DNA of 64,000 nt. Source: a virus. Every line of letters begins with the position of its first letter. Within the stretch, counting starts at the first letter, position 1. The DNA lies in IMG/VR virus record IMGVR_UViG_3300037189_005453, positions 1-64,000 of that record. One strand, given 5' to 3'. This document shows positions 32,790 to 41,828 of this stretch, piece after piece. Under the pieces are notes generated by a model, which was not told where the DNA came from, ran no database searches, and saw nothing but the letters and a program-made list of their open reading frames with translations. The translations under genes were made by a program, and so were the position numbers.

Positions 32790-33111
32790 GGTTTGCTTTA
32801 TCCCAAATCTCTAGGAAATCGGTCTCTGCAAGGATGACGTAATCTTCGCCGTCCAAATGGATTCCGAAAACAGGAAGACGACCATCCATAAACGCCTCTG
32901 TACTGATCTTCTTCAGTTCAGCTGAGCTAATGGTCTTGGTCTTTTTCCCAGTCCACTTGTGTTCAATGAGGAGCCCTTCTCCTCGAACATCTCCTTTACG
33001 TGACCAGAATGCCCCAGAAGCAGCGGTAGTCTGCCCACCTACCGCCTTAGCGAGTCGTTTCTCGTGCTTCTGGGACTGCTTTTGTCCCTCACTCTTCGAC
33101 AAGTCGACCAT
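32782..33111 (-). CDS. Hjc-type Holliday junction resolvase / PD-(D/E)XK nuclease
   Basis: HEKRLA..SGA..KGDV..IEHK. Confidence 0.75.
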   Translation of the reverse strand: MVDLSKSEGQKQSQKHEKRLAKAVGGQTTAASGAFWSRKGDVRGEGLLIEHKWTGKKTKTISSAELKKISTEAFMDGRLPVFGIHLDGEDYVILAETDFLEIWDKANRD

Positions 33112-33334
33112 CCTTATAAGCGTCGATAATGCGGGGAATGAGGAACATGATCCATTCACGGCTAACACAGGCGTCGCACCCACAAAAAGGCTGCCCTGAA
33201 ACGGTCTCAAAGCCGTCTAGAGCGGGGATATCTTCCTCAGCGTAGGCGGACTCCCAACAGGCGTCCATGTACTCCTGGAAGGCGCGTGAGAGCTCCAGAG
33301 CCCACTCTGCGTCTGTGTGAGAGTAGTTAGCCAT
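33089..33334 (-). CDS. hypothetical protein
   Basis: PFCGCDACVSRE; GGAG RBS. Confidence 0.7.
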   Translation of the reverse strand: MANYSHTDAEWALELSRAFQEYMDACWESAYAEEDIPALDGFETVSGQPFCGCDACVSREWIMFLIPRIIDAYKDGRLVEE

Positions 33335-34385
33335 CGATAGTCTCCATGGTTGGGGTGTCGGTAGTATTTAGGACCTTGTCGCGAAGCTCTTCAAACAGAT
33401 CTACTTCTTCTCGAATAGAGTTTGTTAGGTTTTCTACGCCCTGCCACTTACGCTCTCCGTAGTAAATCCAACCGCCCTTGCGGTCAACAATCTCGAGAAC
33501 AATAGACATCGCGGCAATCTCTTTAGCAGTGTCAAAATCTCCTGCATCGTAAACTCCCAAAGGAGCAAAGTAGAAGTCTACAAAAGCGGTACGTGATGGC
33601 GGTGCAGTTTTGTTCTTCAAAGTCTTGAGGGCAATTGTTTGACCCACACGGACCTTGTTACCTGCGGGGCCAGTCTCGATGTACTCCTTACGACGAACCT
33701 CAGTACGAGTGAAGTATGCGTAGTCCTTGCCCTGGCCACCAGGAGTGGTTCGGGGGTCACCGTGCATGACACCGATCTTCATGCGGTACTGGTTAATAAC
33801 AATACCCAGAATTGGACGCTCTGCCTCTACCATGGATCGCTTCATTGCGGCCCCAGCTTTACGGAAGAACTTGTTGGTAATAAGTGCGCCACGACCCACA
33901 GTCATCTCGTCCATAGTCTTCTCGTCCTCTGGTCCAGGGACAAGAGCGGGAAGGGAGTCGATAACAATCGCGTCTACCGACTTTGACTCAGCAAAGGCGA
34001 GTACAGCATCGTACGCCTCTTCCATGATGTTGGTCTCGATGACAATGACACGGCTAGTGTCTACACCACACATCTCTGCGTACTCGGGAACCCACTGCTC
34101 TGCGGCTACCCAGACTGCAACAAAGTCAGGATTAATGGATTGGTTAGCGGCGATAGTCTTAAATGCAATAGCCGTCTTACCGTGGCTTGGCTCGCCTACA
34201 AGCTCGTTCCATTGGTTAGTAGGAAATCCTCCACCAAGGATGTAGTCGAAGGTTGTGGAGCCTGTGGTGGCTCGTTCAATAAGGTCGGATCGAATGTCCT
34301 GACCAATTACTACAGATCCTTCACCCAGTTTTTTATTGATCTGGGCCATGATCTTTAATGCTTCGGGATTTATTGCCATCTTCAT
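33327..34385 (-). CDS. recA: RecA recombinase
   Basis: GEPSHGKT, IVIDSLPAL, INQYRMKIGVMHGDPRTTPGG, KNKTAPP. Confidence 0.96.
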   Translation of the reverse strand: MKMAINPEALKIMAQINKKLGEGSVVIGQDIRSDLIERATTGSTTFDYILGGGFPTNQWNELVGEPSHGKTAIAFKTIAANQSINPDFVAVWVAAEQWVPEYAEMCGVDTSRVIVIETNIMEEAYDAVLAFAESKSVDAIVIDSLPALVPGPEDEKTMDEMTVGRGALITNKFFRKAGAAMKRSMVEAERPILGIVINQYRMKIGVMHGDPRTTPGGQGKDYAYFTRTEVRRKEYIETGPAGNKVRVGQTIALKTLKNKTAPPSRTAFVDFYFAPLGVYDAGDFDTAKEIAAMSIVLEIVDRKGGWIYYGERKWQGVENLTNSIREEVDLFEELRDKVLNTTDTPTMETIDG

Positions 34386-34416
34386 TTTGCTCCGTATAAT
34401 TGTTAGTTATTAAGTT

Positions 34417-34803
34417 CTAGTTAAGTCTACCGATAATTCCCTGAGGATTCCAGTTGCTGGCCCCATCGTTACCTAGCGAGGCTCTTGCTGGGCCGTCTAC
34501 ACGGGCAGTAGAAAGATTTCCGTAACGGCTACCAGATTGAGATACTGGATAACCACAGTCGAAGCAGCGAGCCGTTAAGCTGGCGTCGTTTGGCTTCATG
34601 TAGTTTCCTGAGCCGCATTCAGGACAAGTTTGAGTCTGTGATGCGCTCTGCACACGCCCAGCAGCAGGCTGTTGCTGCTGGAGCGTGGGCATCGGCGTCA
34701 TAGGCTGCTGAGACGGCGGCATGGGGGGAGTGGGGTCAGGACGATACTGAGGCGTCTGTGCCCCTCCATTAAGTTTACTGGCCCACCAGTCGGCGTTACT
34801 CAT
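34417..34803 (-). CDS. zinc-ribbon protein with Pro/Gln-rich N-terminus
   Basis: CPECGS...CFDCGY; AGGAG RBS. Confidence 0.8.
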   Translation of the reverse strand: MSNADWWASKLNGGAQTPQYRPDPTPPMPPSQQPMTPMPTLQQQQPAAGRVQSASQTQTCPECGSGNYMKPNDASLTARCFDCGYPVSQSGSRYGNLSTARVDGPARASLGNDGASNWNPQGIIGRLN

Positions 34804-34818
34804 TTATGCTCCTAGTTG

Positions 34819-34920
34819 TTACTGGCAGCTCTCACACTGGAAGGCATCCATCGGGTCGACGGGGACCGCGTAGTTGCCGACAGTGTCGTTTGAGCTGAAG
34901 GTGTTTGTTGACTCATTCAT
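34819..34920 (-). CDS. 33-aa peptide ending in CESCQ
   Basis: MNESTNTFSSNDTVGNYAVPVDPMDAFQCESCQ fills the gap between flanking genes. Confidence 0.6.
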   Translation of the reverse strand: MNESTNTFSSNDTVGNYAVPVDPMDAFQCESCQ

Positions 34921-34923
34921 ATT

Positions 34924-35334
34924 TTACTTGTACTTTCTTGGAATTTCCAGTAGGCCCATGTCAATGAGTTGCGAAACCGAACCCATTAACGCGGATAGCG
35001 AGACTTGTTCCATCATCTTTCGGCTTTCCCACCAGATTTCGGATGGGATTTCTCCCAGTTCATCAGGTAAGTTTTCTTTTTGAAACTCAATTGCTCCTTC
35101 AGCTAGAAGGTGCACCTGAGCAAAGAGTAAAGGAACAAGATAGGATATTTTTGCGATTCGCTTGTCGCTCTCTTCCTCTTCGCGCTCCATGACCTCATCG
35201 CTTATCGCAGCACATCCGAGGATAACGCTCAGTTCATGAGCGTTGTTAATCTGCGAGTCAAGGATAAGTCCACGAATGCGATTCGTAAGATCAGCCAGGG
35301 TAATTGCCGTTTGTTTTTTCTTTTTAAGCCACAT
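34924..35334 (-). CDS. hypothetical protein
   Basis: 136 aa, coupled to polA. Confidence 0.75.
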   Translation of the reverse strand: MWLKKKKQTAITLADLTNRIRGLILDSQINNAHELSVILGCAAISDEVMEREEEESDKRIAKISYLVPLLFAQVHLLAEGAIEFQKENLPDELGEIPSEIWWESRKMMEQVSLSALMGSVSQLIDMGLLEIPRKYK

Positions 35335-37346
35335 TATTTTGCTTCACCCCACTTGTTTACGATCTTAACGTCAGCAATTAGAGGGACGGTAATCTGGGGA
35401 AGACGAATGCCTTCCATAGACTCACGGATAGCCTCTGCTACTTGTTCCGCTTTGTTTTCTGGTGTAATTGTCACAAGTTCATCGTGTACCGTAAGAATCA
35501 CGTTTACGTCGGTCTCATTCACGAAGCAGGAGTGTGCTCTCACGAGCGCCAACTTCATAAGGTCCGCTGCTGATCCTTGAATCATAGTGTTAAATGCTTG
35601 ACGTTCTGCACGACCAAGAGCCGAAAAGTCCTTGGTGTTCAGTTCTGGAATATAGCGACGACGGCCAAACATGGTCTCTACAAACGGGATTTTTCCCGCT
35701 TGTTTTGCGTCACGTATGACCTTTGCCTTGTACTTTGCAATTGAAGAAAATCGCTCCTCAAATCGATTAAGGAGGTCTTTTGCTTCTTTTACAGTACAGC
35801 CGATGGAGGCTGCGATCTTGTCTGGACCCACCCCGTATGAGATGGCCAGAACCAAAACCTTACCAGCCTTGCGATCTACTCCCATGGTATCACCAATGGT
35901 TGTGTAGATGTCTCCACCCGATAGGTAATTCTCAATCATGACGGGATCTTGGGAGAAACTCGCGATAACTCGCGGTTCAATTTGAGAATAATCCGCTACA
36001 ACAAGCTTGTATCCAGGGGGAGCAACAAATAGATCACGGACCAGTTTTCCGTACTCTCCTGAAGAAGGAATGTTCTGTAGGTTAGGGCCACTGGAAGAGA
36101 ATCGACCAGTGTCTGCGCCATCTGCACGGAAGTTAGTGTGAACACGTCCGTTTATGAGGAGACTTTTACGTTCTGTAATCTTTTCTTTACCCTTAGTCAC
36201 TCGCTTAACTTCACCGCCAGTGTAGGGAGTTACGTAGGTAGTCATCAACTTGTTGAGGTCTTGGTACTCCAAGATTGCGTCAACTAAAGGATCTTTACCT
36301 CGATAAAACTCGAGTGCCTCAGCAGAAACCGAGTAATGAGTGTGGCTAGGATCGTCACCGTTCTTCATAGCCTGGTATCCCTTAGGAGTAAAGGCAACTT
36401 TAAGCTTCGGATTTGGCGCGGGCAGTCGTGGAGATTCTCCGCCAAACAACAGCAGTTGCTTTTCTGGAACTGAGTTGATTGGGAAAGGTTTGCCTGCCTC
36501 TTTATAGACTCGGCCCTCTGCCTCTACCTTACCTCGCTCTACCTCTTTGGCAAGAGTTTCCAGGGCATCCTGGTCGATGTAAGCGCCAGTCAACTCCATA
36601 TCGCAAAGTGCTGACAGCACGTCCATCTCAAGTTTCCACACACGCTTGAGGTTGCCCGTGATCTGTGGCTCGAGCGCCTTGTATAGTTTCCAGGTAACCT
36701 CTGCGTCAATTCCCGAGTACTTTGCAACATCGCTGAAGGAGTATAGGGCTACGTTTTCTCCAATGCCCTTCTCAACTTCAATGCCCAGCTCACGCTTTAC
36801 ACAAGCTGCCAGGCTCACACCAGATCCAAACTTAACCAAGTTGTTGATAATAAATGCAGCCATCATGGTATCAAAGTGGGGCTTTGAGGGTACCTGGCCC
36901 TTGTAATACTTGGCTACAGACTTAAGGTCGAACTTAGCGTTGTGTGCAATCTTGAGAGCAGAGCCAAACATCAAAGGCTGAATAGCGTCGAATACCTGCC
37001 GTGGGGTGAGTTGTTTTGGTGGCTCGCTGAACTTGGGAACCCACTTTGATTGGTCCTTTGAGTAGTGCGCGTCAGTAAGCGGCTTGCCCTCAGCAAGGCG
37101 ACGGACTCCAGGAGTGAGCAGTGGCTTGTCCCAGCCCTCTAACTCACCGTTGGGGTGACCCATTGGGATTACGTCTACGTGGATCTCTCCATTGATTTCA
37201 GTGGAAAAAGAAACCCAACACACGTCGTTGATAACGGGGTACAGACGGTCATCCCCGATGGTCTCTACGTCCCATGCAAATGCGGGAACTTTGGAGTAGC
37301 GACGGACAAAGTCCTGAAGTTGCTGCTCAGTTGTAATGATATTCAT
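35334..37346 (-). CDS. polA: family A DNA polymerase with 3'-5' exonuclease
   Basis: DVET, HNAKFD, TGRFSSSGPNLQNIP, ADYSQIE, KVLVLAISYG, QGSAAD, VHDEL. Confidence 0.97.
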   Translation of the reverse strand: MNIITTEQQLQDFVRRYSKVPAFAWDVETIGDDRLYPVINDVCWVSFSTEINGEIHVDVIPMGHPNGELEGWDKPLLTPGVRRLAEGKPLTDAHYSKDQSKWVPKFSEPPKQLTPRQVFDAIQPLMFGSALKIAHNAKFDLKSVAKYYKGQVPSKPHFDTMMAAFIINNLVKFGSGVSLAACVKRELGIEVEKGIGENVALYSFSDVAKYSGIDAEVTWKLYKALEPQITGNLKRVWKLEMDVLSALCDMELTGAYIDQDALETLAKEVERGKVEAEGRVYKEAGKPFPINSVPEKQLLLFGGESPRLPAPNPKLKVAFTPKGYQAMKNGDDPSHTHYSVSAEALEFYRGKDPLVDAILEYQDLNKLMTTYVTPYTGGEVKRVTKGKEKITERKSLLINGRVHTNFRADGADTGRFSSSGPNLQNIPSSGEYGKLVRDLFVAPPGYKLVVADYSQIEPRVIASFSQDPVMIENYLSGGDIYTTIGDTMGVDRKAGKVLVLAISYGVGPDKIAASIGCTVKEAKDLLNRFEERFSSIAKYKAKVIRDAKQAGKIPFVETMFGRRRYIPELNTKDFSALGRAERQAFNTMIQGSAADLMKLALVRAHSCFVNETDVNVILTVHDELVTITPENKAEQVAEAIRESMEGIRLPQITVPLIADVKIVNKWGEAK

Positions 37347-37368
37347 AATGCCCTCTAAATGTGAATAG

Positions 37369-37407
37369 GGGGGGCCAGAGTGAAAGGAGGAAAGTCTCTG
37401 GCCCCCC
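37369..37407 (-). terminator. 12-bp hairpin after ssb with anti-SD-like loop
   Basis: GGGGGGCCAGAG/CTCTGGCCCCCC; minus-strand loop ACTTTCCTCCTTTCA. Confidence 0.65.
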
Positions 37408-37420
37408 TGATGGTGACTGG

Positions 37421-38068
37421 TTAGGAAACGAGTGAACGTGCCAGCGTCAGAAGTTCTTCGCGAGGGCTCACGTAGATAACTTCTGCGTCGTACGACACTG
37501 CGGTTGAAACGAACGCTTCGATAGCGTCACCGTCCAACTCCCAGTCTTCGGCCAGGTCGGTGGCGCGTACACGGTCAAGCATGTACTGCGTCGTGTTACC
37601 CGATCCTGTACGAGTGATTGCCCAGTAGTACTTGGTCAGCGGTCCACGACGGGGGTCATCGTTGGCCGACTGAAGCTGACGTGCAAACGTGGGGGGAGCA
37701 GTCAGGATCTGTACATTGGGCTCGCCGTCCGAGAGGACAACGATGTTGAAGGCGAACTTCGGGCGAGGCTTGTCACCAGCAATGGTGCAAAGCGGGCACT
37801 CGTCGCCAAGGCAAACGAACGAACGCTTGCCTTCCGTGCGGTCAATCCAGTGCTGCTGGTACACAGCAAAGGGCTCGTCCTGCAGGAAGCGGACAAGTTG
37901 TGCCTGCTCAGAGAAGCGGAAGTCTGTAGCGTACTCAGACTTCTTCGGAGACAGGGCATCAACAGCAGCACCCCAGCCCGACTGCACGGTGGTTCCGTGC
38001 TTAGGAGCGAGGTCTGCGGTGTCTTCAGCCAAGTAGGACTCAGCGGAGACGGAGGGGGTGTTAATCAT
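37421..38068 (-). CDS. single-stranded DNA-binding protein (gp32-like)
   Basis: VRFL, QHW, CLGDECPLC, RTGSGNTTQY; next to polA. Confidence 0.75.
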   Translation of the reverse strand: MINTPSVSAESYLAEDTADLAPKHGTTVQSGWGAAVDALSPKKSEYATDFRFSEQAQLVRFLQDEPFAVYQQHWIDRTEGKRSFVCLGDECPLCTIAGDKPRPKFAFNIVVLSDGEPNVQILTAPPTFARQLQSANDDPRRGPLTKYYWAITRTGSGNTTQYMLDRVRATDLAEDWELDGDAIEAFVSTAVSYDAEVIYVSPREELLTLARSLVS

Positions 38069-38134
38069 TTCGGTATCTTTCGGTCTTGGTACTTACGTAC
38101 ACATCGGTCTTGGGCCTTGTGGCCACGTATTCAA

Positions 38135-38605
38135 TTATAGTGCCTCTTTCCAGCGGACCGCAAGGACCCCTGGTAAATCGGCGTGTTGCTTCCACTCTAC
38201 TCGAGCGTTTCCCAACAATCCGCGCTTTGTAAACTCGTCAATCGTTATCTGAATCAGGGCGCGTGTATAAACGCGGTTCCCATTCACCTTGGTACCATTG
38301 AGGTTTTTGGAGCGTAGACGGTAAGGTGCTGCGGGGATATACCCCTTTTTCTCCCACAGGCGAATAGTAACGACTTGCTTCTCCAATGCAGCTGCTAGTG
38401 CGCTGATCGGGAACACTTCGACTTGTTCACCTTTGAGGGTCTTTACGATTGGGTTTTCATCCCAGCCGTTAGACTCCCCCAGAAGTTTTTGACGACGCTT
38501 TTCCGTTTCTGGTGTTTCTTCTCGTCGTTTTTGTTTGGATCCAGGCACGGTGTCGAGACCCTCAAAAGACTTAAGGACCTCGTCGACTCCGCGAATACCT
38601 ACCAC
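38135..38605 (-). CDS. MerR-like HTH DNA-binding protein
   Basis: ISALAAALEKQVVTIRLWEKKGYIP...RVYT. Confidence 0.8.
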   Translation of the reverse strand: MVGIRGVDEVLKSFEGLDTVPGSKQKRREETPETEKRRQKLLGESNGWDENPIVKTLKGEQVEVFPISALAAALEKQVVTIRLWEKKGYIPAAPYRLRSKNLNGTKVNGNRVYTRALIQITIDEFTKRGLLGNARVEWKQHADLPGVLAVRWKEAL

Positions 38606-38608
38606 TGA

Positions 38609-39052
38609 CTACTTCTTAACAGTGCGTAGTGCCCAGATGACATTTACAGGATACATCTCATCAAGCTGCTGCTCAGTGATCTTGTCCTCATAGTAAGCAG
38701 CCATGAGGGCATCCTCATTAATGACTCGAACGGTCTCGTAAACTTCATCCGTGAGTCCCAGTGACTCCAGGAGAGTCTCTGCGGTGGCCTCGTCTAGTTT
38801 TCGGCTAGCACGACGCTGCTTCTCAATGCGCAGGATACCATCAATCTTTTCTTCAAACTCAAGAACAATGTTTCCATTGTGATCTTCGAATCCGTTCAGA
38901 TCGATTTTCTCCATGAGCTTGTCACGGAGCTGCTTTGCACGAGAGTCAAGTACTTCCATAGAAGCCTTAACCTTTGCGTACTCGCTTACCTGGGCTTCCA
39001 GGGATTCAGGGTCCAAGAAGCGAGATACCTCTTCTTCAATTACTTTTGCCAT
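38609..39052 (-). CDS. hypothetical protein
   Basis: 147 aa, GGAGG RBS. Confidence 0.8.
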   Translation of the reverse strand: MAKVIEEEVSRFLDPESLEAQVSEYAKVKASMEVLDSRAKQLRDKLMEKIDLNGFEDHNGNIVLEFEEKIDGILRIEKQRRASRKLDEATAETLLESLGLTDEVYETVRVINEDALMAAYYEDKITEQQLDEMYPVNVIWALRTVKK

Positions 39053-39283
39053 TTAGTCCTCCAATTTTCCAGCAGCGAGTTCGGCCTGAGCCTTGTCTGC
39101 TGCGTCAGACAGCTTCGAAATGAAGTCACGAACTTCAGGGATCGTAAACGCCATGTCGTCAAACTCATGTTCGTTTGATCCGATAAATACGGCGGGTTGA
39201 GCGGGCTGCTTACCCTCGGATGTAATTACTGACATCTTGCCGTAGTAAACGTCGATATCGTTGTTGATGGTATCGGTTGCCAT
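39053..39283 (-). CDS. hypothetical protein
   Basis: AGGAGG RBS. Confidence 0.75.
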   Translation of the reverse strand: MATDTINNDIDVYYGKMSVITSEGKQPAQPAVFIGSNEHEFDDMAFTIPEVRDFISKLSDAADKAQAELAAGKLED

Positions 39284-39292
39284 TTTTTCCTC

Positions 39293-40858
39293 CTAGATTA
39301 GTTTGGCTGTGATGAACTCTATCAGACTTCCGACTGTTAGGTCAACTCCCCCTCTGGTGTTGATGTTTTCACCATCGAGGATCGCACCTGCAATATTACT
39401 CTTTTGTCTTAACATGTCAAATTGACGCTGTTCAATCGAGTCTTTTACCAGTACATCTTGAATTGTAATAGTTGTCCATTCGCTGGACGTCCTGTTGATC
39501 CTACCATTGCGTTGAACAAGAAGTCCAGAACTCCAGGGTTGATCGTAGTTTAACAGAAGATTGGCTTGAGGCAAATCCACGCCGTATCCTCCCGCATCAC
39601 TGCTTACTAGGACTCGGATGTGAGATCGAGTTTGGAACTTTACTTTGGCGTCTTCTTTTTTTACGGCGTTCATTTCTCCCGTGTACGCCAGCGCACCAAA
39701 TCCTTTTTTGTTTAACCTGTCCACTAACTCGTCTACCGAATCCAGGTATGAAGCAAACACGACAGCTTTGTATGAATCATCAATACTGAGGTGCTCCACT
39801 AAATAGTCTGTGGCAACATCTAGTTTGGGGGTTTTAGAAATTCCGTGAAGCAAATTTCCCAAAGAGTGAATGTATGCACTACCGCCTAGCTGTTGATCAA
39901 ACTTGGCTGCGCTAGCTAAAAGAACGTTTGGGCTAGAACAGAGCATCCTGAGAGCGCCAATGCGGGACATGATTTCTCCGCGCATTTCTACTGCGGGGTC
40001 TCCTGGCTGATAACTTTGGCCGTAGTGTGCGGCTACGTTAAAGGAGGATCCAAATAGCTCCTTTGCCTGGGTAAGCAGATCCATGAGGTCCCCAGCGATT
40101 TTGTTGTAGAGAACCTGGCTGCCCCTGTCAAGTTTTACAATCAAAGGATCTCGGTATACCGCGTCGGGTAGGTAGGGGCGAACATCCTCATCTTTTTGTG
40201 ACTTGCGAACAGCGTGTTCCATCAAGGTCTTATTAAGGAGGGGGAGGTTCCTATACCTCTGTACACCACCAAAGTGGTTCCTGACAATAAAGGTCTTGTC
40301 AAAGATGTCAAACCTTCCCAGGATCTTTGCATTAACAAACTGCATGATAGAGAAGATCTCTTCGGGTTTTCCGTTTTCAATTGGAGTCCCAGTGAGAGCA
40401 AATCTAATTGGGATGTTTTTTGAAAGCTCCTTTACTTTCTTTGCGCGCTTGGCACGGAACCCCTTGATTGCTGTGGCCTCATCGCAGATAACGGCCGAGA
40501 AGTTGAACTTTTTAAGTGCTTCCCAGTCATTGACTACCTGCTCGTAGTTCATGATTATGTAGTTAAAGTCTTCGACAAACCCATACGCTGTAGCACGCTG
40601 TTTAGGCGTGCCGTCGATTACCAACGCGGAGGAATCACTAAACTTGCGGATCTCTTTTTGCCACTGGTACTTGAGGCTGGCAAGACAAAGGACTAAAACA
40701 GGCCCCGTTATCTCACCCCTAGATCTAAGTTCTTCGATCGCGGCAATGGTCATGGGTGTCTTGCCTAGTCCCATTTCATATGCAACTAAGATGGTCTTTT
40801 GATCGACCATCTTTTCAACGGCCTCAACCTGATACGGTTTGAGTGTCCCCTGAAACAT
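39293..40858 (-). CDS. SNF2-family helicase
   Basis: LKPYQ, EMGLGKT, CDEA, LTGTPIEN, GYGVDL, QRNGRINR. Confidence 0.93.
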   Translation of the reverse strand: MFQGTLKPYQVEAVEKMVDQKTILVAYEMGLGKTPMTIAAIEELRSRGEITGPVLVLCLASLKYQWQKEIRKFSDSSALVIDGTPKQRATAYGFVEDFNYIIMNYEQVVNDWEALKKFNFSAVICDEATAIKGFRAKRAKKVKELSKNIPIRFALTGTPIENGKPEEIFSIMQFVNAKILGRFDIFDKTFIVRNHFGGVQRYRNLPLLNKTLMEHAVRKSQKDEDVRPYLPDAVYRDPLIVKLDRGSQVLYNKIAGDLMDLLTQAKELFGSSFNVAAHYGQSYQPGDPAVEMRGEIMSRIGALRMLCSSPNVLLASAAKFDQQLGGSAYIHSLGNLLHGISKTPKLDVATDYLVEHLSIDDSYKAVVFASYLDSVDELVDRLNKKGFGALAYTGEMNAVKKEDAKVKFQTRSHIRVLVSSDAGGYGVDLPQANLLLNYDQPWSSGLLVQRNGRINRTSSEWTTITIQDVLVKDSIEQRQFDMLRQKSNIAGAILDGENINTRGGVDLTVGSLIEFITAKLI

Positions 40859-41828
40859 AGGCAAGTTCTCCGAGTACTGACGATTTAGCGTTCTGAATAC
40901 CCCAGCGAATTTCCTCATCGGTCATGTCACCTGGGTCTTTTTTACTACTTCCACCATAGTTGAAAAAGAACAGGTTTAGTCCGTATTTACGGGCAAACTT
41001 AGACATTTCAGCACACGCTTTTTTACCAGCGTTATCTACATTTGGGTTGTCAAAAGCTACGATGATTCGTTCTGATCGTCGGAGGAGTTTGATTTGTTCC
41101 TCGGAGAGTGTTGTTCCGCACGTAGCCAGTGCCCCGTCAATACCAGCAGAATAAATACGCAAACAATCAAGGGGAGACTCAACAACAACAGCCAGATCAG
41201 CAATTTGAACATCCACTCCAAAAAGGGTCTTTGCCCGCTGAAGTCCAGCAGGGCGGTTAAAGAACGTGCGTTGTTCCGTACCTTTTTCCTGCCACCCCAT
41301 AAGGCGGTTGAAGTGTGGTTCACGAAGGGGGAGAATCCATGTCGCTTTATTATTATCCCACAGCACTCCATACTTGCGGGCTGACTCCGCAGTAATGTTT
41401 CGGCTTTCCAGGGCTTTTGCAGGCGGTTCTTCGAAAACAGCAAGTCTGGCCTCGGACATCTCTAAAGGCTTGGGGTAAGCCTCGATGCGAGTAGGAAGAT
41501 TTTTTACCATTTCTAGGAGATCCTCTATAGGAATAGAAGACATCTCTGCAAGCCAAGCTTGAGCAGTTGGATAGTCGTAGTAGTACTTGTTATCCCAAGT
41601 CTTGGTATAAAACTCTTTTACATCACAAACCAACTGTGCGAGGTTGCCTTTGTATCCACAAGAAAAACAGATGTGCTGACCAGTCTCTAGGTTGATCCAC
41701 CAGGATGGAGAGTTATCGGTTTTTCCAGTGCGGGCAAGGTGTTGGGGGCACAGGGCGTTAGCCTCATTGTTGCGTTCGGAATAGTCGATCCCCAACGCGT
41801 CAAGAGCAGCGGGCACGTCTAGAAGCAT
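40824..41828 (-). CDS. DNA primase (zinc finger + TOPRIM)
   Basis: CPQH...CFSCG, VVESPLD, AFDN, KDPGD. Confidence 0.92.
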   Translation of the reverse strand: MLLDVPAALDALGIDYSERNNEANALCPQHLARTGKTDNSPSWWINLETGQHICFSCGYKGNLAQLVCDVKEFYTKTWDNKYYYDYPTAQAWLAEMSSIPIEDLLEMVKNLPTRIEAYPKPLEMSEARLAVFEEPPAKALESRNITAESARKYGVLWDNNKATWILPLREPHFNRLMGWQEKGTEQRTFFNRPAGLQRAKTLFGVDVQIADLAVVVESPLDCLRIYSAGIDGALATCGTTLSEEQIKLLRRSERIIVAFDNPNVDNAGKKACAEMSKFARKYGLNLFFFNYGGSSKKDPGDMTDEEIRWGIQNAKSSVLGELAYVSGDTQTVSG

